DNA of 64,000 nucleotides from the NCBI GenBank assembly GCA_016748015.1, contig JAAOMT010000675.1, positions 124,001-188,000 of the forward strand, written 5' to 3'. The notes below the pieces were generated by a model, which did not search any database, had not been told where the DNA came from, and saw only the letters and a program-made list of their open reading frames with translations. This DNA comes from Geosiphon pyriformis uo1. Its lineage: Eukaryota; Fungi; Glomeromycota. Shown in pieces: positions 1-14,749 of the stretch. Numbering within the stretch: position 1 is the stretch's first letter; each line of letters opens with the position of its first letter. The position numbers were made by a program, and so were the translations under genes.

Positions 1-591
1 AATGATCTGGTTTTGCTAACAATGAATAAAAAATTATTTTATTATTTTCTTAAACTTTAACATATTTGTTATATTTTTTGTTTTTAAAAAAACATTTTTT
101 TTATAAACGATAATATTATTAAACAAAGTAACCTTACATTTTAAGTTCAAAATATTTAAAACTAATACAGTAATAATGCAAATTAATACTGTGTTATAAT
201 TTTATTTTTAAAAGTAAAAAAGTTAAAAATAATTTGATATAATAATATTACATATATTAAACAAACTATATATCTTGTAAATTAAAATAAACATAATAAC
301 CTTTATAAAACTTTCGCCGATATTTTTCTTAATTTAAACTGAGATGGCCAAAGACAAAAAAGATATGATTCGGGTAGAAATTGTTCAAAAGTTAACTAAT
401 ATAAATGTAAATTTCGATTGATTATCTCTTATGATAGAGCTTCTAGCCAAGAATAAGCTCGATCACATGAAACTGATCATTTCATATCAGCATGTAGTCG
501 ATCTTTAGTGCCCCCTCTTGCCGTTATTCAATTAAATCGTCTTAAGTTCCTGAATATTCTTACGAACGCTTATTCATACTTCTACAAGAAT

Positions 592-1550
592 ATGGCCAAA
601 GGTTTGTTCCTTTCAAGAAGCCTAATCAAAACTGCTTTTTCAATTTTCTGTGCATATTTGGATCTTTTCGTTGTAACTAAGGCTGGGTCCAAGCTGCTCA
701 ATAGTCAATTATACAAACGTTGACTTGCCTTATCATGTAACCTTCTTTTATTCCACTTTGAGTCTAATCTCACCTATTTTCTCATCAAGTACCTCGCAAC
801 TTTAGACTTCTCGAAGAACTCGAAAAGGGTGAAAAAGGCATCGGTGATGGTACTTGTAGTTATGGTCTTTCAAGCGGTGACGACGTATATATGAGTGATT
901 GGAATGGAACGATTATAGGTCCAGGTCATGTAGGTGGCCTCGGGCATTTCTTTTATATACTTTAGTTCCTGTACCATTGAAAATATTATCTGATTAAATG
1001 ATATTACAAACCTTCCTTGATCTCCCCTATTTTTGACTTCGATTCGGGCTGGTTCGATCCTACATCTTTTTCTAGACAATCCATGAAAATCGAATTTATA
1101 GCCTGAAGCTTCATTGTGATGATAATTACCCTGATTCCCCTCCTTCAGTTTTCTTCATATCGAGAATCAATTTGCCGTGTGTCAATCAGCAGACAGGGAA
1201 AGTAAGTATATCAAATGAATTTCTTTGGAAACTTTTAACCCTAACATAATTCAGATCCCCTAATTACCATCAATATCTGGTTCACTCGATATAATTATTT
1301 TTATTAGGTTGAGCCGACTAAGTTAAACTGTCTTGCCAATTGGAAGAGAAACTTCACGCTAGAAACCGTTTTAACAGAGTTGCGTCGGTAAATAATAATT
1401 GGTTTTCAAATTTTATCATCTATTCTCCATCTTTTCTTCTCAATGTTTCATGTACTAAAACTTTTATTGACCTATATTCCGCTCGGCAGGGAAATGGCCA
1501 ACCCTCATAATAAAAAATTACCTCAACCACCAGAAGGTTCTACTTTCTAG
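592..1550 (+). CDS. MMS2: Ubiquitin-conjugating enzyme variant (Mms2/UEV1), 5 exons
   Basis: Manual splicing at GT-AG introns gives [30 protein letters not shown]...[33 protein letters not shown]...SRINLPCVN.../...[12 protein letters not shown], the typical Mms2/UEV sequence. Confidence 0.95.
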
Positions 1551-2003
1551 TAACTCTCTCGTTACACCCTAATCTCAGAAAATGGATGATGATGAAAATA
1601 GTAAAGATTAAAGTGGAATATCAAGTGGCAATAACATTAATTTGTATGATGAAGATCTGGATATTTCGCGCATTATCTCTTTAATGAGTGTGTTATTTGG
1701 ATAAGCCACTATGATTATTGGCTCGGGAATCAAGATTTAATTATGAAATTAATAGGATCCCAAATCATTCTACAGAACTGGAATATCTTTATTTGAAACC
1801 TAATTTATTGTACAATATATTGAAAAAAAAATTTTACTTCGTGTTAATCAGTTCTTGAATGGTTTATTTTTTTAAATATAGCATAGTGAATTTTCTGACT
1901 TTGAAAGCTGGAATATATTTATATTTCTTTCTCTAATTTCATAAGGCATTATTTGGATGTAAAATACAATTATATAAAACGTAGCCCTTTCTCAAGTATA
2001 TCG

Positions 2004-2075
2004 GCCGGCGTAGCTTAGTGGTAGAGCGTCAGTCTTGTAAACTGAAGGTCGGTGGTTCAATCCCGCCCGTCGGCT
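2004..2075 (+). tRNA. tRNA-Thr (anticodon UGU), intronless
   Basis: Acceptor stem GCCGGCG/CGTCGGC, D-arm TAGCTTAGTGGTAGAGC, anticodon arm TCAGT-CTTGTAA-ACTGA, T-loop GGTTCAATCC, T-run just downstream. Confidence 0.95.
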
Positions 2076-2170
2076 TGAAATTTTGTTAATTTGTGTACGA
2101 AATTTTTGATGCGTTAAGCTTATTAAATTTATAAATTGATATCTAGTATTGATTCTGTTCCGGCTCAACA

Positions 2171-4798
2171 ATGAGCAACCTTACAGATCATTTAGTTCCC
2201 CCTCCTACTGAATCAACTGAAAAAAGCCACGTTTTGGAGTAAGTTCTATATCAAAGCATCACTTTATTTCGAAAATTTCTTGAAACGTGTTTACTTTAAA
2301 AAAGTATCGAAGGAGAACCTTCATCTAAAAAGGGTCTTAAAAAGCTTGAGAAAGAGCGAGAGAAGCAACGTAAAAAAGCAGAAGCAGAGGCCAAAAGAGC
2401 AGCAGAAAAAGAAGCTCGTGAAGCCTCAGAGGTTATATATTCTATTTATTTTTATTTTCACAAAATTCAAAGCTGTTTTCACCTTTACACGAGTATTAAT
2501 TGAATTTTATTTCAAAATTATTTTATTCAAGAGCTATGGCTCTGAAAATTTTGGTAAAAAACCGATGATCCAGTCCCAAGAACGAAGCGGTGAGATTTTT
2601 GGTCCAACCGATCAATGTCATTTTTCATTCAAATTCTCATCAAATGATCAAAATTTGGTTTGACCTAGGTATTCAAAGAACTCGAATCTCAGATATCAAT
2701 GAAAGTCATGCCGGTGAAACCGTTACCATCCGCGCACGTGTTCAAACATCTCGCGCCAATAGTGCGTATATGTTAAAAAACTTTTTGATCAAAGCTGGAC
2801 GATATTCCGACGTTTTTACAATAATATCCTTTCTCGTGGACCTGATCAGGTTCCAAGCTTGCCTTTTTCGTGTTTCGCCAGCAATTCTCCACTATACAAG
2901 GAGTCTTAACGATGGACGAGAAATCTATAAGCAAAGGCTTTGTGAAATTTGCATCGAAGTAAGAGCCAAATCATAACCTCATTTGAGATACTACCCTTGC
3001 CTGATAATTCCTTGATATTTTGACTAGTATACCCGATGAATCGATCGTCGATGTTGAAGGAGTTATTAAAAAGCCATCCGAGGAAATAAAGAGCACCACT
3101 GTATCCGATGCTGAATTACATATCTCGAAGGTATTTGATAAAAATTGCATAACATATTATTATATACCAAATTGATGATAATCTGTGATCGAAAGCTCTA
3201 TGTAATAAGTGAAACTGTCACTCGCCTTCCTTTTACTATTGAAGAAGCTACCCGTCCCGAAGATCAACTTCAAAAGGTAAGTGTCTCCTTTGTTCGGTTT
3301 TCAAATAGGTTTCTTACTTACAAAAGTTACTATACTGTTTTAGGAAGACATACAGTTCAACCGAATTACATTAGAAACTCGGTTGAATAATCGAATTGTG
3401 GATCTTCGTGTAAGTTGCTTATCGATCCTAAATATCATATAGCACCAATAAACGCTTACTTATTCTAATTAAACTACCATTTCAGACAATTACGAATCAA
3501 GCAATCTTTCGAATTCAGTCGGGTGTCTGTCAACTTTTTCGAGAGTTTTTATTATCCAAAGGATTCTTTGAAGTACATACACCAAAAATTATTGGGGCTG
3601 CTAGTGAGGGTGGTGCCAATGTGTTCACGGTGAAATATTTCAAAAGTACGTTTTTATCGTTGTTATTTTTTTGAAATCTAGAAATTTCTTACTAAATATC
3701 ATAATTTTATTAATTCATAGCTGAGGCATATCTTGCCCAATCTCCCCAATTATATAAACAAATGTGTATTTGTTCCGATTTCGACCGAGTATTTGAGATA
3801 GCCCCAGGTAAGATCTCGAGAAACTATATTTAAAAAAGTTACAAAACAATTCATTTCTGACCTATTTTCATCAAGTTTTTCGGGCTGAAAATGCAAATAC
3901 TCCTCGACACATGACTGAGTTCGTTGGTCTTGATCTGGAAATGGCATTTGAGGAGCATTATCACGAGGTTCTTGATATTCTGGATGAGCTATTCGTGTTC
4001 ATTTTCGAGGGGCTGAAAACTCGATTTGCTGCCGAAGTTGCAATTGTGAAAAGACAACATAAATCCACCGAATTTGAATTTCTTCCAAAAACTTTGAGGC
4101 TGGAATACAAAGATGCTGTAAAGCTATTAAGAGATAATGATGTTGAAATAGGAGACTATGATGATCTAAAGTAATGTATCATCTATTTGAGGCATTGAAT
4201 TTCCAAGAATTTTAATTTTTAATTTTTTATAATCCGTAAAGTACTGAAACCGAAAGGGCACTTGGCAAGATTATTAAAGAGAAATATCATACCGATTTTT
4301 ACATCCTTGACAAGTTTCCTTTAGAGGTTCGCCCCTTTTATACAATGCCAGATCCCAAGAATAATGTAATAAATATTTCTGAAGCTTACTTGTTATTCTA
4401 TTCAGCTACCATTTTTCATTTGTTTTGACAAATTTTTTACTCCAGAAATATTCCAATTCCTACGATTTTTTTATGCGTGGCGAAGAGATACTCTCAGGCG
4501 CACAACGCATTCACGATCCAGATTATCTAGAAGAACGTGCAAAAGTTCACGAGATCGATCTTAGCACCATACAAGCCTACATAGACGCTTTCAAGCGAGG
4601 TGCACCGCCTCATGCTGGTGGTGGGATTGGTAAGCTGTTATTTCAACTTGGTCAACAACCCCTTAAAACTGTAGACTAAACTTCAATACTCCTCTCCGTT
4701 CTTAAGGTTTGGAACGTGTTGTTATGTTATACCTCAATCTTGGAAATATTCGCAGATCTTCGTTATTCCCACGTGACCCAAAACGTCTAGATCCTTAA
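2171..4798 (+). CDS. DPS1: Cytoplasmic aspartyl-tRNA synthetase, multi-exon
   Basis: Exons encode a Lys/Glu-rich N-terminal helix, OB-fold ([11 protein letters not shown]), [81 protein letters not shown]...[10 protein letters not shown]. Confidence 0.95.
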
Positions 4799-5412
4799 AG
4801 ACAATCTACTAAATTACGTATTTTTTTCAAGAGCGATATACACCAAACCTTTATGCTGTCCACTGTTTACCAATTAAAAATTATTGAACCCTTGATAAGT
4901 TGATGTTTTCTTAAACAGCAAAACAGCTGCCTCATGGAATAGTCCTCGCCAGTTCTTTTAGGTGATTTATAGATCGATCATCCTTAGGGCTTCACATCAA
5001 AATAAAAACGGGCTACATTAACTGGGCAAATTACAAAGCTCTTAATAGCCATTCCACAGTTTAACACTCCTAAATTGCAGAATAGGAAATCCTCCTTTTC
5101 TTCAAAAAAAATTTTTCACAAAAAACAGTTCTGAAGCTCAATTCAATTCTTAGAATAAACAACTCATTTTATTCACCTATGTGTGAGTGGATCTTGCATT
5201 TGAGATTTGTGCAGATGTGAAAGAAAGGGGAGAGTGGAAATGGTACAATCGAAAAGGGGAAAAACTAAGTTCGAGTTGAATATCAATATGACAAGTAAAG
5301 GTGCAGTTGACTATAATTTTTGTAATGCGAAAATAACTCGATGATTGACAATAACAAGACACAATTATTCTTCGATGATGGATATTTATGATGGCTTTAA
5401 TTCCTCTAAAAG

Positions 5413-5905
<493 letters not shown>

Positions 5906-6199
5906 TTAATTTTCTTTTACGGCGAAGTAAACAAGAAGCGTGATCGTATAATAATGGCTTCTTCGGTTCTCTATAAGCGAAGAGCTTTGGTGATTTTTCT
6001 TGATAATGAACAAGGTGCTTATTAGGAGTATCACTACTAGTTCACAGGTCTCGCAATTTTTTGTGATTTTAAGGACACCAGGAAAAAAGGACGTTGCAGT
6101 GTAATTTCTCGCGGGGGATCACTACACGTTATCTTGTTTGAGAATCAACACGCTGAATTTTAGGGTGGTTGAAGTTTTTGCACCCCTGCTTTAAGTTTT

Positions 6200-7240
6200 A
6201 TCTTATTATTATTTATATTAATTTAATTATATGATAGATAAAAATTTTGATGATTGTTTATAAAAATAATATTATAATCTATAATTTTAAACTGCAATCA
6301 TGTTAAAAATAAGTATAATATTAAATAATTGATTTTTAATATTTAAGTTATTTTTATTTAATAAAATTTTTTTGATTTTATTAAACAGCTCTGCTATGCA
6401 ATTATTACTTTTGGTTTTAAGAATAATTTGGATGCTACTATTATCCGAACTGGTTGTATTTGACAAAAATATTTGAATGTTAATAGTTTAAATATTAAAA
6501 ATTTTGATCATCTAATTTTAAAATATAAAGTATTATTATCTTTTTTTCTAAGTTTTTATTTTAATTGGCTGTTTTTTTTTAAAACTTTTAAATTATATTT
6601 TGTTAAGACTAAATTTTATGTTTTAACTTTGAATTTTGCTTTTTTAATAGTTTTTGTTACTAGTTATTTTATTGTTGTTGTTTTTGTTGTTAACTTTTTA
6701 ATTAGTTTTTATTTGATTTTTTTGAAATTTAAGTTAAATGTTTTGGTTTTTTTAATTAAGTTTATTGTTAAACTTATTAATATTTTAATTGTTTTGATTA
6801 TTTTTTTAACTTTACATATAAAACTTAAAGATATAATTGCTATTGTTTAAAATAAAATATTTGTTTTTAATAAAATTTTGAGTAAAATTCCTATAAATAT
6901 GATTATAATTAAAACTAATTATATAAAAAATTTTGAATAAAAATATTTATACTTAGTTATTGATACTTTAAAAGTTTTAATCAATTAGTATTAAATTAAA
7001 TACAAATAAAATTACTAAATAAATAAGAAATATTATTATTTATAATTATATATTAATTAAAATTATATATAAAATGTCTTTTTAAAGTAGATTTTTTTTT
7101 AAATTCAATATAAATTAGTTTAAATTAAGCTTATGTTTAATTATATGTAAAAAATACATGAACTATATTTAATTTAGATTATTTAGTTTGATTTATTATA
7201 TTAAATAGTAATTAGATTACATGTTAGATTTTAAAAAAAT
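6200..7240 (+). mobile_element. Heavily AT-converted LINE remnants (ORF1-like fragment and 3' tail)
   Basis: 7140-7225 (ttatatgtaaaaaatacatgaactatatttaatttag...tagtttgatttattatattaaatagtaattagat) aligns to the LINE 3' UTR with mostly C>T/G>A changes; 6390-6440 resembles ORF1. Boundaries approximate. Confidence 0.45.
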
Positions 7241-9126
7241 AAGATAATTTATATTAAAATTATTTTAAATATTGTTATTGAAATTAAGTTTGCTAAATTT
7301 TTTTATTTTTATTTTTGTTATTATGAATATTTTTAATATTTTTAATATTGTTGTTAATATTAAGTTAAAATTTGTTAATTTATAATAATATATTATTGTT
7401 TATTTTAAAAACTTATAAAGTTTTTAAAACTGTTTTTTATAATATATTTAAAACTAAATTTGACAACTTTTTTTTTGTTATATTGATTTTAAAATTAAAC
7501 TTGTTTTATTTTTTGGTTTTTTGAATTCAAAAAAGCTTTTAATAATAATAATATTATTAAAACTGGTATTTAAAAAAGATAAAAAACTTTTAAATATTAT
7601 TATTATTATAAGTATTAAGTTTAAATTTTTTGGCTTTAATTATAAAAATATATTTTTTAGTTTTTTGTTGTATTTAAAATTTTTGAGAATTAATTTACTA
7701 ATTTATGTTTTTTGTTAAACCTATTTATTAAATTTTAAAACTGTTATTTTTTCTGTAAATTCAATTTTTGTTTTTCTATTACAAGTATTAAAAATACTTT
7801 TAATTTAATTTTTCAAATACAATTTATTTCTATAAAAGTTCAGATTATTGTTTATTTCAAGTTTATTTAAATTAAAATCTTTATTAGTATGTTTTAAAAT
7901 AAACACATTTAATCAATTCACAAAGAGAATATATTGCATGGATTTTTCGAAGGTGAAATACTACATTTCTCGTTAATATAGTTAATTTAAAAGATATGAT
8001 ACATTGTGTAATCCTGTTTTTTTTCTTTACAATTCATTATTTAGTTAGATTCATTAAGCAGCATATGCTTAAGGAGAGGTTTGTAAACTAGTTTTTAGAT
8101 CAATAAATTCAGAAAAATGAATAGGGGCTTCTATATCAATAAATTCAGAAGAACGAATAGAGATATTAATTTCATTGTAGATTTTTTGTGAATTTGCTAT
8201 TATTACTATCATTTCGAACCCATTGTTAAGATTCTCCATCATAATTAATAAAGGTCACTTGTTTGCTTTAACGCGTCATTTTGTGTTAATCGCGTTGAAT
8301 AAGATCAAAAAAGCGACACGTCGGAAACCAAGTGATCCCAATATGTAAATCCAAATTGAGTATGACCGAGTCTATATTAGAAAATGTCACTTTACATACA
8401 AGTTGATTTTATATTTGTACTTTTCAAAGGCATTAACTGTGAAGTTCTCTGGTACGCAGAAATTTTGGGTGAAAAAATGGACAAATTGATTAAGAGTAGA
8501 AATTCTCGTGGAAAAAGGGTTAGAATCGATTAAGAAAAGCATTTCATTTGTATCAAAAATCTCATGGACAACAAAATAGAGAACTGATAGTTGGGGACGA
8601 ACAAATGGGTCCGGCGCTCGCATTTTAATTAATTAACCGTAAGATTATGGAAACAGGACATTTTTATCAAATATAATTTTTCCCCCAACGAGTTCGTACA
8701 AGTAAAAGTAACAGTTTGAGTCATCAGAAAAATCTTGGATATGCTAACTCACTAAGCTGGCTCGCTTTAGCCAGCCAAAAACACTAGACCAGATATCGTT
8801 GAAGCTCATGGGTTGGAAATCGAGGAGTTGCTTTTGTCCTTCGAGATCCTCTTTTTTCTTTGCATTAGAAAGAGAGGGTATTTGGTTCCGCGATTTTTTA
8901 TTATTAAGCAAATCTTTTCATTGGTCATTTCAGATTTAGCATTTGGAATTAGAAGTTGAAACATTATATATATATATATATTTTTTAGGAAATCTTACGG
9001 AGTTATCAGTGTATTATCTAATTAACAAATACCAAACTAGCAATAAATTGAGACGCAACCGTCGAGTCGAACATTTCACTTAAGAGTCTGCTACATTAAT
9101 ATAAGAACTAGTCGGAGAACCTTAAA

Positions 9127-11887
9127 ATGAATAGCACACAAATGAATACACTGCCTGGGTTTTCCTTTTCCCCACAAACCACTTCAGATTACCCATTTCC
9201 CACAGCTACTCCAGGCCTTGGTTTAAGCTCTTCCGCTCCTCCTCAGCTATCCGTTCCTTACAGTCAAGATTCATACTCTTTAGCTTCATATAACTCTGCA
9301 AACATAATTAAAGCATCAAAACTGATAAGTCCAGTAAAACCAAATTTACCAAGTTATCTAGCTGATACGAGTTTCGCAGAGTTATATCATAGTGTCAACC
9401 TAGAACCTTTTTCTTTAAATGGCCTTTACGAAGAAATTGATTCACAACAACCACTCGCTTTGCCTACTGAGTGGAATATTGAAGATAAGTGCCCCAATTT
9501 GGAATTATCGGCCGATAGGCTTATGGTAAATTATACAGGTAATAAGCTTAACTTGTAGCATTTCCAATTCCCTATTACTAAATTCATGCATCGCAACTTG
9601 CCAAAACTTGTGATTCCTGATCAACTCGGATCAAAGTAGAATTTCGCGAAAGTTCCTATAGTTCTGAAACGATCAGAGTATTTGGAAGACATTACTTTAG
9701 TCGTTTTACCCTGCTTCTTCAAGTTCAATTTCCATTTTCAAATCTATCCGCTGACATTTAATCTGCTTTATACTCTTCGAGTAGGTGCAGGCAAGCACGA
9801 GACAGACGCTGCTGCTATTAGAGCCAATTATCCAATGCCTCCACAATGTGGATTGTTTTATTTTGAAGTTTATATTACAAGTAAAGGAAAGGATGGGTAA
9901 CAAATTTTTAGGCTTTTAATAATTGATTATTTTCATAAAATTTATGCGATCTTGGGGTCTGACCTATCTCTGACAGGTACATAGGAATTGGATTTTGCAC
10001 AAAAAGCGTTAATTTGGCCCGACTCCCCGGTAAATTATAAACACATTCTTGATCTCTTAAAAGTCAATTTTCTTTTGTTTTAATTCCTCTGGTTAGGATG
10101 GGAAGATCAGTCATGGGGTTATCATGGCGACGATGGAAATTCTTTCTGCTGTTCCGGAACCGGCAAAAATTATGGTCCGAAATTTACAACCGGTGATACA
10201 ATTGGATGTTGCTTGAATTTTAGAGATGGGACTGCTTTTTACACAAAAAATGGAGTCCATTTAGGTTAGTAAATCTAAAAATGTTTTACATTATGATTGA
10301 TACCTCAAGTCACATCTTTCATTAGGAATTGCATTCCGAGATTTAAAAGGAGTCTTGTACCCTTCTATTGGTTTACGGACCCCTGGAGAAAAAATATTAG
10401 TAAATTTCGGCCAAAGGGAATTTAAATTTGCCATTGAGCATTATATGAAGGTTGGTCAGCTGAAATAATGAATTCAAGTTTTTTCAGTCAGCCACGCTTA
10501 TAATATCGCTGATGAAGTTCAGATTCTTAGGAGGAAAAAGCCCGACTTTGGAACACTATCAATGCAACGCCGATGCCCACAATACCAACTCCTAAGACCT
10601 CTCCTTCAGTGTCAATAGCTACTTCAGAAGCCAATTTGACTGCTAGAGTTCACCAGCTCATAATTTCTTATTTAGTGCATCACGGTTTCAGCGAGACCGC
10701 GAAAGTTTTTTCAAACAATGCTGTGCAGCTCCCCACAAACGGCACCAAGTTCATGACAGACGTTGAAAATGATAATCTTTCGATCGATTTAGATGTTGAC
10801 ATTCTAAACCGACAGCGTAACTAAGCTCATACAAATTTCTTTCAATATTTCTTTTAGAAGATTAATTAACATTGCTTTCCAGGAATTCGAAATGCCATCA
10901 TCAAAGGAGATATTGACCTCGCTATCAAACTCACAAACACCCTGTATCCGATGGTTCTTCCATCAAATCATGACATTCTTTTTAAACTAAGATGCCGGAA
11001 ATTTATTGAAATGATTCAAAATTGTGGTATTAGAAGTTCTGAAGAAGGTGCACATGGCGTTGTTAGGATCTTCAGAGATGATACAATTGAAACAATGGTA
11101 GACGATGAAGATCCTAAAGAAGCAGAAGCTGAATTAGAGGAAGAGATAGGTGTGGAGGAGGGACTCCAGCTAGAGCGAGAGATTAATGAACTAGAGGTTG
11201 ATGAAGAGGAGGAGGAAGAATATGAAGACGCAATGGATGTCGATGGGTTTGAGGATTCAGAAAATGAGGATGACCATAGGAGTTACTTGGATGATAACCA
11301 TTTACATTATCCAGCAAGCAAAAAGAAGAAATTTACAAAATGGTCAAAGCCTTTCAGCAATCAGCTCGATGTACTGAGCGCAAAATTTGAAGATGCGATG
11401 CGATTTGGACAACAATTACAAGAAGATTACCAAAATGATCCACGCGAAGAAATAAAAAAAACATTAGAGGTTTGAACAAACTGTCATGAAAAACACATTA
11501 ATTTTATGACGGGCTCCGAGTCTTTTTTGACAAATTATCTTGATTGAATATTTGATATTGATAACATATAGGAAACTTTCTCTCTGTTGGCTTATTCAGA
11601 CCCTACAAACAGCGTAATGGCTTACCTTTTGGAACCTTCCGAAAGAGAACCTGTCGCCAATTCATTAAATAGTGCCATTTTGGGTAGGCAATAGTTATCA
11701 TGTTCGTTTCCAATTTGAAGATCGTAGCCTGATTTTTAACTCAAATTTCACAGTGTCGCAAGGGAAACCACCTATTCCACCATTGGAAACTGTTTACCGA
11801 CACGCTTCCGTATTGATAAAAGAATGTTTAAAGAATGGAATCGGCGCAGCTTCATTCGTAAATGTTCAAAAAGATTGCTTAATTTAA
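9127..11887 (+). CDS. Ran-binding protein 9/10 homolog (Gid1/Vid30-like; SPRY-LisH-CTLH-CRA), multi-exon
   Basis: SPRY motifs ([79 protein letters not shown]), LisH ([18 protein letters not shown]), CTLH ([14 protein letters not shown]...[13 protein letters not shown]), CRA (FSLLAYSDP...[13 protein letters not shown]). Confidence 0.92.
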
Positions 11888-12371
11888 ACCAAACATGAAC
11901 AATTTTCTGGAGATCTTCCTGGTCTTGCAATTAACCGTCCAAATGTTTTTTTCACTCTATTCACTTAACTTATGATGATATACAAGACATAGGTTTCCCT
12001 TTATCTGATTTATGGGTTAGAGTTTATTCCTAATCATCCACAACGATCATGAATATTTAGAAATCCTAACCCGTCTGGCTTGATAAAGAGACTCCTTCCC
12101 TTTCTCCCTATGGAATGAGAAAATCTAATTTGTAAATAAATACTTTATCATTTTGCGATTGATTTAATGAATGTGGTATTCTTAATTCGATTGGTCGTCA
12201 TAATTTTGCCTCCCCCATAATTCACGAGACTAAAACTTCAAAATCACTTATCATCAAATAGTCAACCTCATATCTTAGCCTATCAGCTATTTGTTATATA
12301 TAGAAAAACTGATAGCATAGGGCTGCATTTTACTCGGAGAAAGGAGATTTTACCCTCTCAAGCCTTCTTTC

Positions 12372-13812
12372 ATGTCTAGAAAACGTCTTCGTACAGATAA
12401 TTCTCCGGACCTGACTGCCGAGAGTAATAAGCCGTTAAAAGCTAAAAACCCTGATCTTGCACTTGACTTTCCAACTCGCTTCGAGCCTTCTATTTTTAAT
12501 GTACAACCTACCAATGACTTCATTAGAGTAGTAAGCGACTTTTTATATGAACACGTCGATAAGGAGGATGTCGAAGTATTCTATTGGCACATTTTATTAA
12601 ATCTCAACAGTCTCATTTTTACCCTGGCTTTGAAATTTAAATTTTTATTTTTGTCATGTTGAAGATTGAAGCCAAGCTCGGTATTCTCGTTCAAAAAAAT
12701 ACTAAACAGAGAATTCAATTGCCGATTTCTTGTGAAACAAGTATTAGTTTTTTAAATTTTCTCGGAAAATAATAATAATAAAGATTTTAAGTCATTTATT
12801 CATTGCGTCCAAATAGTAATCGATCCTAAAGATGATCGTTGGTTGAAATTCGAGAGCAACATGAGCTCTGTAGATTTCCTTTGATTCTGAATTACATCAT
12901 TTCTTTAACATGAAAACTTCTTGCTCAATATATTGATTTCTCAATTATTAGGAAGAACACTGCAATTTCAATAAAATATTGAATGCCAGGGTAGAAGCAA
13001 CAAAAATCCCGCATTACGTGGTAATTATTGCAAAATACTGGAATTGTATGTTTACGTATTTCAACGCTTTTTAAATTCTATATTTAATTTAGGGTGCACC
13101 AGTCAATTATAAGCACACTTTAGAAACGGACAGATTTTATCCAGGCCCTGATGGTTCATCTCGAATTAGAGTGACGACACTTCAAAAGACCGGAGAGGTA
13201 CTTAGACAAAGACCTAATATTATATTATATGATTCTTTTGATTTCGGTCTCTAAAAACTCAGCAATATATATTTTAGGTTCTAGAAGGTGGAATAATGGA
13301 GAAAATAAGAATCGCAGATCTAAATATATATTCTCCAAATACTCGGTTTGATTTTCGGATATCGGTGAACATGGAAAGGCCAAGTGAGCTCTTGTTTTGC
13401 TGATTTATTTGGATAAGAAAATAAATATAATCGACAATTTCTCATTAGAGGAAAAGCCGCAAACTCAGCCAATTTTTGAACGGAACAAAGATCGAATCTC
13501 TTACTCACATCAAATTTTTAAATTCGATTTGACACAAGTCAAAATTCCTGAGGTAATATTCGAAACACTTTTTTGAATCAGATCTACGTGTTCTTATGCC
13601 TTTAAATTTTAAATCTTCAGAAGCCTTCGATGAATGGATTTAGGAACCCAAGTCAAGAAGTTACCCATGAGTTGGAAGTAGAATTTGTGAATCCAAAAAT
13701 ATTGCTTCAGGAACGTAGAAAAATTGAAAAAGGCGAGTCAAATCGCTTCATCGAAGTTGTGGAGCTATTCGTGGATAATATCCGCATGTTAGCAAAACAA
13801 ATTCCCAAATAA
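12372..13812 (+). CDS. mRNA-capping RNA 5'-triphosphatase, Cet1/Pct1 type (CYTH/TTM fold), multi-exon
   Basis: EIEAKLG (motif A), FESNMS, RIRVT, MEKIRIADLNIYSP...DFRISVNME, ERNKDRISYSHQ, IDLTQV, HELEVE (motif C). Short form without a long N-terminal extension. Confidence 0.9.
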
Positions 13813-14749
13813 TATTCAAAATAAGGAGAGTCGAAAGTGGAAAGTCTTATCGGTTTAGGAGATTGTTTTGGCCACTCCCAAAATCTGAGCTGCAGCAGAT
13901 AATATGAGCAGAATTCTTACATCTGTTTAAAATTTCTGCACGATATAAGGCCAATTCTCCTAAATACAAAGTTCACCCAAATGCATGTAAAATTTTAATA
14001 GTCTGAAATTTATTTAAAAACAATTGGCAATTCTTTGATGAAAGGTTGTATTCATAAATTATATATAATTTGGCTAAATCTTAGTTTTTTCCAGAAATTT
14101 TAAAATTTTAACATAAAATAAATAATTGTTAAAATTAAATAACAACTGTAAAGCAATTTAAAGTAATAATAATTAATATAAAACTTATATTTAAATTTTT
14201 TCGTTTAAAAGGGTTGATTTTTTTTACTGTTAATATTTTAATAAATTTTTGAAAGTTAAATGTAAAATATTGTATAATTTAATTATTGTATTTAGTTATA
14301 TTTGTGCATTTGAATTATTAATTAAATATAAAATAAAATTATAATAATTTTATAAATTTGGTTTAATTAATAATAATAATAATAATAATAAATAATTAAA
14401 ATTAATATATTAACAACAATTAATAATAATTAATAAATTAGTTTAAAAATATTAAATTAACTTAAAAAACAAAACAATATTATTATTATTAAATCAATAA
14501 TTTAATTTTAATATGCTTTTAAAAAAAAACTTCCTTGTATTTTTATGATTACAAAGTAAAAAATAAAAAAAATAGAACATTAACTTTATTTGGTTTTTTT
14601 GGTATTTATATTAATTTTATTATAATTATACTAATTATAATATCTAATTTAAATTTGGTTATAAACAATAGTTTTTTTATTTAAATAATAATAACAATAT
14701 ATTTACTAAAATTAATTTTAATTAATATATAGTTAAGTTATTTAATATA

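Noticed and set aside
455-505. ApT/GATC-rich promoter patches as 6mA clusters
   Set aside because: Plausible in early-diverging fungi but cannot be supported from sequence alone.
6473-7718. ORFs 6473-6850 and 7521-7718 (also 15507-15764, 40380-40574)
   Set aside because: F/L/I/K/N-dominated translations typical of AT-rich or AT-converted DNA; no recognisable domain or splice structure.
8099-8160. 36-bp-period direct repeat (atcaataaattcagaa x2) and a small hairpin at 8756-8775
   Set aside because: Two-copy local duplication and a 7-bp stem; expected by chance, with no supporting context.
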